Counted from the whole stretch's first letter, positions 23,525 to 34,600 are shown. The stretch: DNA of 63,015 bases, filler included, from Vannella sp. (GCA_023345925.1; 7 parts of 7 records of this genome joined end to end with filler, not necessarily neighbours in it); one strand, 5' to 3'. Notes: generated by a model not told the origin, from the sequence alone. A program made the numbers and translations.

Positions 23525-24029
23525 ATGGCTCGCTTTCCCTCTTGGACGGACGAGGAAGCGTCAAAATTGAGCCTTATTGAAGGTGTGGAAGAGTGTGAGA
23601 GTCACTTGGGAGTGGAGAACTTCAGTGCGCCCTTCTTTGACAAGATTCTGTTCTTCCAAGTCATTCGGTTGAAGGGTTCGTTCTTGATCTGGATCGGGGA
23701 CGCGCCCAAGCTGGGAGACATCTCTGTAGCTCTCCCTTGTCCTTCCATAAGATCCCAGGTACTCCATTCCAGTCCCCAAACAACGTTCTCACCCCCAAAA
23801 GGAGGAAAAGTACTCCGTCTCCAGCATTGACGGCTTCCGCACCGACGACGAGGCCTCCCGCATTGCCCTCCACCTCAGTAAGTCCTTCCCTACCCTTCCT
23901 ACATCTCCTCCTCACCTCTCCGAAGCCAAACGAACCGGTCAAACCTGTTTCGTCACCTCAAACACGTCCGCCCTGCCCGGCCAATTTGACTTTATTGAAA
24001 AGTGTATTCTACAGAGAATTTCAAGCTAA
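23525..24029 (+). CDS. PSMG4: Proteasome assembly chaperone 4 (PAC4)
   Basis: FQVIRLKGSFLIWIG...LGDISVALP. After two introns: DEASRIALHLTKRTGQTCFVTSN...FIEKCI. An alternative ATG exists at 23492. Confidence 0.8.
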
Positions 24030-24055
24030 AAGCAAGACTTTTGGGCATTCTTTTG

Positions 24056-25393
24056 ATGGCTGACAACGGACAGTTGAAGTCCACGAATGATGCGGAGAAA
24101 CAGTCCAGCGCTCCGTGGGGTCGCTTGGTGCTGCTGATCTTGTGCCCGTTGATAGTTCAACTTGTTGCCTATACGAATACGGAGTTGGACGGCTCCCTGA
24201 CCATGTTGGTGAGAGAAATCGTTGTGGATGGGTTCTGGACCGTGGCGTGGGGCCGTGCGTGGGCTCCTGTTTTCTTTGGCACCCCAATGGCATGGAAGAT
24301 TGTTGGTATCTTTGCAGCTGTCGAGCTTGCCTTCATGAAGCTCCTTCCTGGCCCAATCGTCGAAGGACCAGAAACCATCAACCACAACCGCCCTGTGTAC
24401 AAGGCCAACGGCTTCCTTTCCTTCGTCCTCAGCTGCGTACTCTTCTACGTCTGCAGCGTCAACCTGGGCTGGTTCTCTCCAACGATCATTCACGATCACC
24501 TTATCGGCATCTTCGGTGCCGTGAACGCGTCCAGCTTGCTGTTCTGCCTTGTTCTATACTTGAAAGGTGTCTATGCTCCAACTACGAATGACGTACTCTT
24601 CCGAGGAAGCTTCATTGCTGACTATTACTGGGGTGTGGAGCTTTATCCGACTATTTTGGGCTTCCAAGTCAAGCAGTTCACCAACTCACGCTTTGGTATG
24701 ATGTCCTGGCCTCTTATCCTCTGCTCCTACGTTGCTAAGCAGGAGAGTGTGTACGGATTCGTCACTGACGGAATGCTCGTTTCTGTATTGCTCCAACTTG
24801 TGTACGTGGGCACCTTCTTCTACTACGAGAAAGGCTACTTCTCTACTATGGATATCCAACATGATAGAGCAGGCTTCTACCTGTGCTGGGGCTGCCTTCT
24901 TTGGGTGCCTTGCGTGTATACTGTTACTGGCATGTTCCTCGTGTATCATCCCTACGAGCTGGGCTTGGGGTACAGTGTTCTTTTGTTTATCATGGGTCTT
25001 CTATGCTTCTTCCAGAAGACTCACGCTAACCGCCAACGACTGAATGTTCGAGAGAGCAACGGAGATTATGTTATCTTTGGCAAGAAGGCAGCTGTGATCC
25101 GCGCCAAGTACACTAGCGAGAAAGGAGAAGTCAAGGAAAGCATCCTCTTGGTTGATGGCTGGTGGAAAGTGGCCGCCCACTCGCACTATCTGGGAGAGAT
25201 TTTTGGTGCCCTCTGTTGGTCCCTTCCTGCCCTCTTCACCCACTTCATGCCTTACTTGTACGTCATCTTTGTCACCATTCTCCTCGCCCACCGTGCCAAG
25301 CGCGACGACATCCGTTGCAGAGCAAAGTACGGAAAGTACTGGGAGGCCTACAAGAAGAAGGTACCTTACATGATCTTCCCGGGTATCTACTAA
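24056..25393 (+). CDS. DHCR7: 7-dehydrocholesterol (sterol delta-7) reductase
   Basis: ERG4/ERG24 family motifs: YKANG, DYYWGVELYP, KQFTNSRFGMMSW, TMDIQHDRAGFYLCWGCL, LLVDGWW, RDDIRCRAKYGKYW; intronless. Confidence 0.93.
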   Translation: MADNGQLKSTNDAEKQSSAPWGRLVLLILCPLIVQLVAYTNTELDGSLTMLVREIVVDGFWTVAWGRAWAPVFFGTPMAWKIVGIFAAVELAFMKLLPGPIVEGPETINHNRPVYKANGFLSFVLSCVLFYVCSVNLGWFSPTIIHDHLIGIFGAVNASSLLFCLVLYLKGVYAPTTNDVLFRGSFIADYYWGVELYPTILGFQVKQFTNSRFGMMSWPLILCSYVAKQESVYGFVTDGMLVSVLLQLVYVGTFFYYEKGYFSTMDIQHDRAGFYLCWGCLLWVPCVYTVTGMFLVYHPYELGLGYSVLLFIMGLLCFFQKTHANRQRLNVRESNGDYVIFGKKAAVIRAKYTSEKGEVKESILLVDGWWKVAAHSHYLGEIFGALCWSLPALFTHFMPYLYVIFVTILLAHRAKRDDIRCRAKYGKYWEAYKKKVPYMIFPGIY

Positions 25394-25642
25394 GCTCCCA
25401 AGCTTCCACACTTCCTTTTCATCTTCTACCAAGGAAATGAAGACTTTACTGCCTGTCCGGAATCCTTTTTGTCCGTCCAAATCCGCCGGAATTGACATTC
25501 CGGCGCGTTCCCCTTCGGGGGTCAAAAAACTGGTCGGAAGGGGAAAGCTTTCGTTCAAAGGTGCGATGAAGTACGAGAAGGGAGTTGCAGGGGCTCGTAG
25601 ACATCATCAGAGTGCATTTTGGGGTCATTTTGTGGTCGGCTG

Positions 25643-28196
25643 ATGGTCATACCGATTCCTCCGCGCTCGTACGCGCTCTCTGAGAACGCTGTACGGCAGA
25701 ATGAGATAGAAGTGGTTGAGAGATTACTTCAGGATGCGGAAGATGCGGGAAAGAACGTCAAGGAGATCGTTAACGTCGAGTATGGCAAGAACCACACTTC
25801 GCCCTTGCAGATTGCTTGCTCGGAGGGTCACTTTGACCTAGTTTGTCTGTTGCTGCAGAAGGGTGCAAGTATAAACAAGACGGACTTGCAATACAACTGG
25901 ACTGCGCTTCACTGTGCAGCTCAGAATCACATCGAACTGTGCGAGATCCTCCTTCGATACGGAGCAGACATCGCTATTCTCAGCAACCGAGGCACCAGTG
26001 CCTTCCACTATGCTGCAAAGATGTTCACTGATGATAGACAGCAACCTCTACAGTACAAAGTGCTGGAAGAGATGCTCCAGAAGGGTCAAGACATCAATCA
26101 AATCACTCAGTCGGGTGAGACGCCGCTTCACCACGCCTGTTTGGAGGGCAATGCCTTCACAACGCAGTTCCTACTCGAACATAAGGCCGACATAACGATC
26201 TCGAACAAGTACGGGGAGAATCCACTGCACTACGCCTGCCGAAGAGGTGTCGAGGGAGTTGTCTCCCTCCTGCTAGAGGCTGGCGCCGATCCTGGAGCAC
26301 CAGTACGGTTCTTGGTTGGTCGTGTACTTCATGCTGCTTACTATCCTCCAGGGGGGACTGGGAACGCCGTTGGAGATTGCGGAACAGAACCAACAGCAGC
26401 AGGTCATTGATCTCATCACCTCCTCCTTGCACGAACGTTACTCTCCTGGATCTGATGAAGAGGAAATCGATCACAAAGCCACCCTTCTCTCGCTTGCCGC
26501 TGAGAGTTCGCCCAGCTTCGATCGCTTCCAAGGCAAATCTCCCTCCCTGACCAAGACAGGTTCGACAGTGCATTACAAGGAGGTTCAGATAGACTCATAC
26601 TCTCTGTGATATAGATTCGGTGGCAGTAGGGCCCATGGGGGTGCTGCCTGACGTCCGGCGCTTCGCGCACATTCACTCTGTGATGATGAGGAACCTCGAC
26701 GTGCCTCACAATGATAGCTCTCTGGTAGACTCTTACTTCACTATTCATATGGAGGACTCTCAAGAGCAGCCACTCTATACCAGCGAGATTGTGACTCACA
26801 CTCGGGTTCGTACTTTCCCTCTGGAGTCTCCAAGTGCTTACTATGTTGATTTAAGCAACCCACGTGGTGTCTTGTTGACAGGACTTCCACTCTACAGAAG
26901 CTCAGAAGCTTCTACATTCGGATTTGGAGTAAAGAGTCACTTACTGTGACATGTGTCTTTACCAAACACGTCCAACTCCGCCGAATCACCTTCATTGGGG
27001 CTGTAAGATATCCCTTGTGTTGAGAATGGGTGGTTTTCTTATTTCCTGGGAAGACAGGTGCTTCAATACAGCCTCACATGAAGAATCTTCTCCTCCTCGA
27101 GCTGCAGGACGGCCTTTACGTGCAAGATAAGATCTACTCCAAAACGTTATCGTGTACTCCAAGCGATAACGACATCGCCATGTTTGCTGTCTCAAGAAAG
27201 CCGGTAAGAAAAGAGTCTTAGTGACTTGGAATTGGCCAGATATTGACCATTCATCAAGTCCTACACTCGCGCACAGCTGCATACTATGTTACGGATGAAT
27301 AATAGAATCGCAAAGGCTCGGGAGGACTCTAAAGCTTTGAAGGCAGAGATTAGTAAGAGCCTTCCAGACCATCTTGACTTGCTACAGAAGGTGAGTCTCT
27401 CTTTCCTCTCACTAAGCGAATGAAAGTGACTTATTCTACTACAGAAACGAAAGAAGGAGCTTCTCAGTCAAAGGGTGGCCTCTTTGAGAGAGAGTGTGGA
27501 GGCAAAGCAACTTCAATTGGCCACGAATAAGAGATTGATCGAGGAGAACCACATTCGAATGGTCCAATCACTGCAACAGCTTTCTAAAGCGTTTACTACA
27601 CTCGTTGCAGACCAGCAAATCCTTGAAACCGACCGAATCAACCTCGAGAGAGAGATGTAAGCTGCTCTAACTGCTTCCAGATCGCTCTGACTCTTTCAAG
27701 TGAGACAACAGCTGATCTTTTAGAGCGCTCTGACCTTCGGAGAGCCTTCTTTGCGCGTTCTCTTCGATCCATCTACCCAATCACACAAAGTACTCGAACG
27801 GATCTCCCTCCAACTCTGTGTATTGGCCATGCACCGCTTCCTAACAACTCTGACCAGTTCATGGCCTTCAATGACGAGCACATCTCAACTGCATTAGGGT
27901 TTGTGGCGCATTGTGTGTCCCTTTTGTCCCGTTGGCTGGACATTCCCCTTCGTTATCCGATAGATCTTTGCGGATCCCGCTCCTCTATCATTGACGAGAT
28001 ATCTATTTCTATTGCTAACCCTCGCTTCCCTCTGTACATGGGAAGGGGCATCGAACGAACTCGATTCGAGTACGGACTTTACCTTCTCAACATCAATCTT
28101 CAACACCTCCTCCAACACCAAGGCCTCGACGTGATCGCCCTCCGCCAAACTCTCCCCAATCTCCAAGTCCTTCTCATTTCGATGTCTCGTGAGTGA
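25643..28196 (+). CDS. Ankyrin repeats + UVRAG/Vps38 homolog (probable fusion; could be two tightly packed genes)
   Basis: About 6 ankyrin repeats (TSPLQIAC, WTALHCA, ETPLHHAC, ENPLHYAC). UVRAG-type C2 (RRFAHIHSVMMRNL...DSYFTIH...LYTSEIV...PTW), coiled coil, and BARA2-like ISTALGFVAH...PLRYPI...FPLY...FEYGLYLLN. Confidence 0.8.
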
Positions 28197-28344
28197 GTGT
28201 CCTTCCATTCCCACATTCCCGCCCAATCTCACTCAAACTCAACCGGTGCAGTGTCCACCCCACATGATAGGACCCCCGCATTAGTCAGAACCCTTGATAA
28301 ACACACAGAGATGCCCATGAACTGGCCATTACCTTCATTGGCCG

Positions 28345-28899
28345 ATGAGCGAGGCGGCCTTGATGCGAGTCAAGCGCCCGCGTGGGTACTCGCGGGATGA
28401 TTTGGACTTGGAGACGTTTCACCGTAGAAGAGAGTCTTCAGCAAAGCGTAAGAGAGCGGCAGAAGCAGGAAGCAAGCTCTCTGAGCCATCAGAAAAGACA
28501 ACACAAGGCCGGAGGAGGCGGAAATACTCCGTAGATGACCTATCCTGCCGTTCCTCCAGATCAGAGAAGCTCCCTAGGAAAGAAAGGCCAGTGAGTAGGC
28601 CACTACACCCCTATCAACACCGCCGAATGCCTGTGCCCATCTCCTCCATCAAGCGCCATTCGCCTCTCAACTACTCTCAGGACGACCTTAGCCTACGACC
28701 ATCTAGCAGCGAGAAGAGGAAGGTAACACGGCAAAGCAATCCCTACAGCACTCACTACTCTCGCGAGTACCCTCCGCTATCCAACCGGAGGGAAGTTCTG
28801 GAAGAGTACAAGCAACTTCCCGGTCTGGCAGCTAAACACTTGAGAAGGAAGTACAGAGAGCTTCGTCACAAGGTCACCACACCCTCGTCAGGTCCATAA
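28345..28899 (+). CDS. Hypothetical basic Arg/Ser-rich protein
   Basis: 184-aa ORF filling the gap between genes; repeated YS(R/V/Q)DDL motif; no family recognised. Confidence 0.45.
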   Translation: MSEAALMRVKRPRGYSRDDLDLETFHRRRESSAKRKRAAEAGSKLSEPSEKTTQGRRRRKYSVDDLSCRSSRSEKLPRKERPVSRPLHPYQHRRMPVPISSIKRHSPLNYSQDDLSLRPSSSEKRKVTRQSNPYSTHYSREYPPLSNRREVLEEYKQLPGLAAKHLRRKYRELRHKVTTPSSGP

Positions 28900-29018
28900 A
28901 TGTCTCTAAAAGGTCGCTTTGGAAGCCAAGTTATGTTCACATTGATTGTCGAGGTCAAAATTGCAAATTTTAGGATTAAATGGAAGGTACTGAGTGAATT
29001 TAATCATTGTTTGAAGAG

Positions 29019-29335
29019 ATGGCGATCTTGACGAGCCAGCCGCCTTACCCTGCCATCCATTACTCGCCACCGCATGGGTTGATCACGAAGAACATCCGAT
29101 GGAGTGAGCACTTCACCTCTTTGGCAATGGGCATTGCTGGGTTCGCTTTGGGAAGGTTCCACAAACAACCCCGAGCTATTCGCGCCACCAATGGCATTCT
29201 GTTCAGTGTTACCGGCCTTCTGGGGTACGAAATAGGGACTCTTTTTGATACCCTACTAACTCACTGCTCCACAGTGGCTACCTCCTCTCCTACGAAAGAT
29301 CCAGCCAACGTCTGATGGGATGGCAAGAGAACAGC
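29019..29335 (+). CDS. Mitochondrial complex I accessory subunit (NUXM/20.9 kDa type), 3' truncated
   Basis: PPYPAIHYSP, two hydrophobic segments, and after one intron GGYLLSYERSSQRLMGWQEN (family motif AY..S..RLMG..EN). Confidence 0.8.
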
Positions 29336-29435
29336 NNNNNNNNNNNNNNNNNNNNNNNNNNNNNNNNNNNNNNNNNNNNTTAATTAATTAANNNNNNNNN
29401 NNNNNNNNNNNNNNNNNNNNNNNNNNNNNNNNNNN
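29336..29435. other. Artificial contig spacer
   Basis: N44-TTAATTAATTAA-N44. Confidence 0.99.
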
Positions 29436-30185
29436 GACGAAGATCGGGATGCGGAAGGGGTTCGAAGCAGAAGAGCTCGTTGAGGCCGTCACCGAGGAGG
29501 AGCTTGAAGGGGAAGGAGTCACAGATATGAAATTCGTGGTGACGTACATAGGGCCTATCCCGAAAGAGGTACCACCACCCTCATAAAGGAATCGGATCTC
29601 CACTTCGACGGCGACAATCGCAGAGAAAGTGCAAGTACCGAAGTTAGCGGGGGAGAATTCCACTATCACACCTCCTTGGTACGTTTGGTCAGCGACGCAA
29701 ACCTGAGTCCCGAGGACTGCATCTTGATAGTAGAGCCGGAGAGTGGCCAAGTCGAAGATGGAGCGGATGTTCATTTGGAAGAAGGCGCCATTGGATAAAT
29801 CAAGGGAGAATCCAGAGTTGGGGTTCAGCCTGGTGGAGTTGTCAGGTCCATCATATTGGAGCAGCACGCTGAATAGAGAAGGAATGGTGTTGTTGGCACT
29901 GATTGCGAAGTCTCCGCCGAAAGCAGGTTGAGTAGACAGCACGACGTTCTCCGCCACATTCAGGAAACCGATGGTAACATCACGAGCACATCCTACAGGG
30001 TTACTGCAAGAGGGAAGGGACACAAACGAATGGTTGAAATACTGGTTCGCGGTGGGAGCTGATCCTCCTTGCTGAGTAATTCTTGGAATGTCACTGTCTG
30101 TAAAGTCGTCGAAAGGTGAAACCACTTGAGAGAAGACTCCCAAGAACAGAGGTAAAAGAAATGCCGTCAGAAGCAAGATGCGCAT
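29436..30185 (-). CDS. Secreted/surface beta-rich protein with Ser/Thr stalk, 3' truncated
   Basis: Signal peptide MRILLLTAFLLPLFLGVFS; FDDF...GCARD...LQYDG domain; Ser/Thr-rich tail running into the spacer. Confidence 0.7.
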
Positions 30186-30589
30186 GGCGGGCGGGGAAAA
30201 TAAGGACCTGTCCGATTGTTGCGTTGGAAGTTGGCCAAAACAGAAAAGTCGTCCAACGCAGGTCCAACGCTCATTGGTTGTAAATGAAAGTCGTTCACAG
30301 AATAATCTGAAAAAAATGCTTTGCGTCGAATACCTTCCCAAATGTAGAGAAACGGGCTTCGATCTATGTTCTTGGTATGATGTAGCATTCATTCTACTGT
30401 TTCCTTGCGCCGGATGATGCCAGAATTGCTCACCGAGGTCGCCTTCCCTTCAATGAGAGGGGAATGTAACTCGTTGCAGTTGGGCGAGGGGATGGGAGGG
30501 ACTAATGCCACTCGTTCACTTATGAACTCATTCTCAATGGCAAAGCCAATAAAGAACGGAGCCGCTTAGACTATCGAACCAGGCCGCAA

Positions 30590-31230
30590 TACGCGCCGTG
30601 ATCTACACCACTCAGGAGAAGTTGGCAATCCTACTTTTCTCCTTCTCTTACTAACAAGGCCTCTCCTGTGTTAGTAGCCTCGTCCCATTTCAATGATACC
30701 ATGACATCCAAGAACTCACGCGTATGATCAAGAAGGACATCGCAGCGCTCAACCAGAAGCTTGAGAGCGTCAAGACAATGTCTTCCAAGTCAAAGAAACA
30801 GTCTCAACAGAACTCAGAGAACGTTGTGGGCAATCTGAGCCTGAAACTCCAAGGCGGCACCAAACAGTTCCACACAGTGCTCGCCACTCGCTCAGAGGTT
30901 CTTTTGAGTGTATCTTAGCCTTTCAGTCAAGGTGAAGTAAGGAATGAGCAGATGCAGAGTCAAATGGCTCTCAAACCCCTTCGGTTTAACGGGCAATCGC
31001 TCCTTGAAGACTAACAGGACATTGAAAGGATGATGAAAGACTTGAATAAGGTCATGGTGGACATCTCTGTGACAGTGGACGAGCAGGAACTTATAATGGA
31101 GCACATAGACACCAACGTGAACGACTCCCTCGTGCATGTTAGCCGCGCACAAAATAGTCTTTTGAAGGTTTTGAAGATGTTCTTTATTCTTGTGGTGTTC
31201 GTGTCATCATCCTCTTCCTCTTCTTTGTCT
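30590..31230 (+). pseudogene. Degenerate syntaxin-5/Sed5-like Qa-SNARE
   Basis: YTTQEKLA; FNDT/HDIQELTRMIKKDIAALN...NSENVVGNL (Habc, frameshifted); SNARE motif VDEQELIMEHIDTNV...AQNSLLK joined directly to the TM VLKMFFILVVF with the juxtamembrane segment missing. Confidence 0.65.
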
Positions 31231-31359
31231 AAAGAGTCTCGTGTATTTAGTCTCTCATCTCTGGGTCGTTGCAAAGTTAAATCGAAGCCACAACCAACTG
31301 AGATAGCTTTCGTGTTGAATGAGGATGCAAAGGCCGAGGTAGCTTTCCACACATGCGCA

Positions 31360-31529
31360 AGGACGAAGAGAGGAGAAACCTAGAGACCGAGATCGGGGAT
31401 CGGCAAGACACATGAGCGAACCCGCTTTCTGATTGGTTCCTTGCAGGACGAAGGGAGGAGAAACCTGGAGACCGAGATCGGGGATCGGCAAGACACATGA
31501 GCGAATCCGCTTTCTGATTGGTTCCTTGC
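31360..31529. repeat. 85-bp tandem duplication (2 copies, 3 mismatches), each with a reverse CCAAT box
   Basis: 31360-31444 and 31445-31529; both contain CTGATTGG; ends 85 bp before the LRR gene ATG. Confidence 0.95.
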
Positions 31530-31614
31530 GGGTGTCCATCGTTTTCCTCCAATGGGAAGAAGAGTTTTCATTTAGTCATGTTGCTTCTGTGGACCCACTT
31601 TTTGCTTGGCCATC

Positions 31615-34600
31615 ATGTGGAGACATGATCTGTTCTACTTGAGTGCTCTCTTTCTGCTTTTGCTTGGTGTGAGAGCCCTTCCTCAGAACCAAACGGACTC
31701 TCTTGTTGCATTCTACAATGCAACTGGTGGCAACTTTTGGTTCCCTGAACAGTGGAACATCTCAGCCAACCCGTGCACGTGGTTTGGTGTTACTTGTAGC
31801 AGCAGTGAGGACTTTGTGACCGAGATCTTCATCCGTCAGAACAATCTGACGGGATCCTTGCCTGACCTACAACTCTCAGGACTCAGAGTTTTGTAGGAAG
31901 AGTCAGAGATGAAGAATCAGACTCATAGAAGGGAGCATAGGGACTTGTTTCGAAACAGGATCTCAGGAACACTTCCAGACTGGTCTGATCTTGGAGAACT
32001 CTCCAGAATGTAAGCAGCCCATCTAAATGACATCTGAACGAAAACTTTAAACTAAGTGCGGTTGATAGAATATTGGGTGGTAATCAGATAACTGGAACCC
32101 TGCCAAAATGGGCATCGCTGAAGAATCTTGATATCATGTACGTTACGTGGACCCTCGTAGCTAAACCTCTAAGCTTCGATGAACAGATTTCTCAGTAATA
32201 ATCAGATTAGTGGACCTCTTCCCGAATGGCCAGCTCTGGTTCTGTTAAGGCTTTTGTAAGTTCCCTAGTGGAAACTCTCTTTTCCTAACACCGAACTCGT
32301 CAGGTATTTCGATGGCAATAAGATCAATGGAACTCTTCCACAGTGGCCAAATCTCAGGAGTCTCCAGGCATTGTGAGATGGCTTTCTTGTATTCTTTCTC
32401 AGAAAAACTAATCCAAGCTGGAAAGAGTTGGTTATTCTAACGAGATCAGCGGAACTCTCCCAAATTGGTCCAATCTAACGAATCACTACTCTGAAGCTCA
32501 TTGCGTCAGGTCTGATTAAAATGGAAATTCAGAGGTTTGGCCGAAAACCAGATCGAGGGAACGCTTCCAGACTGGGAAAACATCGCTACCCTGGACAGGA
32601 TGTACGTACTGGCTAGCACTGGATTGAGCTAACAAGTTTTGAGAAGAGATCTAAGTGCTAATTCTATCTCTGGAAGTATCCCAAACTGGCCTCAGTTGAC
32701 CAAACTTTCGTACCTGTGAGGCCTCAGTTTTATTGTTAATGTAGCACTGACGTGAGAGGCTTAAGTTCGCTTAGAAGTAATTCTATTAATGGAAAAATCC
32801 CAGAATGGTCAAATCTGGCAAATCTTCAGTACTTGTGAGTCCTGCCTCCAAAATTCTGCCATCTTATGAAAGATTTAGGAACCTGGGTCTTAACAATCTC
32901 AATGGTACCATTCCCGAGTGGAAAAATTTCACTCGCCTCGTGGAACTGTTCGTTCTCTCCGAGTTAATTTAGTCTACTTCTCACCCAATTGGGAAGGAGG
33001 TTGTACTCGAACGAGATCTCTGGGGCACTTCCTGAGTGGGAGTACCTCTCTAAGCTTGAATTGATGTTAGAAGTCGGTGTAACGTTGGCAAATGTATTCA
33101 CGAAATTGTAGGGAGCTGCCCAACAACAAAATTGCGGGCACTCTCCCGGAATGGGCCAACTTGACTAGCCTAAAGCAGATGTAAGGACTCCTATCAGCAC
33201 TGTTTAAAATCTTCTCACTGGACGAAATCAGGGTTCTTGGCTCCAATCAAATTAGAGGAAATCTGCCTGAATGGAACAACTTAGGGCAACTTCTTACAAT
33301 GTGAGTGGCCGCGTGAGTCCTTAATCAATCTAATAGCAGCTATAAGGGAAATTAGCGATAATAATCTTACAAGTACTCTTCCTGAATGGAGGAATCTCAA
33401 AGACCTGGTTGAAATGTGAGTGTGGCTTCTCTTCTGAACAACTGTTTATACGGGAATGGGAAAGGAGTCTGCGGAACACATCCCTTTATGGTACTCTTCC
33501 GAACTGGACAGCACTTTCAAATCTGCGAAAGATGTGAGTTAAGGCCAAAGAGTGTTCCACTGTGTCCTCATAAGAGTAGGATACTCGCAGAAAATCAAAT
33601 CAGTGGGTCTTTACCAGAATGGAGCACTTTGTCCAAATTAGAATACCTGTAGGATCTGTTGATCACGAAAATTTTATCCCTAATTCTCCCCTGTAGGTAT
33701 CTGTGGGACAGTCGGCTTAGCGGAACTCTCCCCAGCTGGCCCAATCTGACTTCTCTCGCGGGTTTGTGAGTTTGACCCTGCACTGACTGGCGAACTTATA
33801 AGATTATAGTTCTTTAAAGGGGAATGAAATCAGAGGAACCCTGCCACCATGGAGAAATTTGATTGCTTTGGAAGGGGGTGACTTGAGTTATAACAACCTT
33901 TGTGGAGATCTTCCGGACCCCAGCCCGAATGGAGCCTCCTTTCTCTTAGATGGTCAACTCTTTAAGTGCCCTGTTCCAGAAAAGGGATACTTTCCAACCT
34001 CCTGTGATTCTTCAAGAGGTGAATGTCCTGAGAATCGGACCTCCTCTGCAAGCCCTACCTTGACTGCGAGCCAGTCAATATCAATCACTGCCACAGAGAC
34101 TGACATTTCAAATCTAAGCTCCTCACCAAGCCTCAGTTTGTCATTCACTACAACACTCAGTGAAACTTCAAGATCATCTCCCAGTCCGTCTCCGTTCCAG
34201 ACTTTCAGCCCATCAGCTAGTTGGACCTCTAGTTTGTCTGGAAGTCCATCTTTCGGTCTGCAGAAGAGTCTCTACCAGACGCCTAGTGTGTCTTCAAGTC
34301 TGTCTCCCAGTTTGGATGCCCCGATCTCCTCCTCTGATGTGGGAGCTAATTTGACTTCTTCCAGCTCCTCCCTACTCCCGTCCCCTCAACTTCCACTCTC
34401 CTCTGTGAGTGCCATCGAGAGCAATTCTTCGAGCTTCTCCGTGAGCTTCACTCAGAGTGAAATACGGTCAAATAAAGGGGTTTCATCCACTCCTGCAGTC
34501 ACTTCAGCAGCATCCTTTGGGCCCAATTCGTCCATCGTAGTGAACCAATCGGGCAATCCCAGTGTGGGAAGCAGCACCTCTGTTATAGTGGTTAATAGTG

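Noticed and set aside
24056..25393. Intronless DHCR7 as HGT (similar enzymes occur in amoeba-associated bacteria and giant viruses)
   Set aside because: It is an ordinary eukaryotic sterol enzyme in a housekeeping context; direction of transfer cannot be judged from sequence alone.
31360..31529. Direct repeats as LTRs or transposon ends
   Set aside because: The copies abut with no internal sequence, no TG...CA ends and no transposase or RT nearby.
31941..33765. Regular ~115-125 bp periodicity resembling a CRISPR-like repeat-spacer array
   Set aside because: The units are divergent coding LRR exons bounded by GT-AG introns, not identical repeats; no cas genes.
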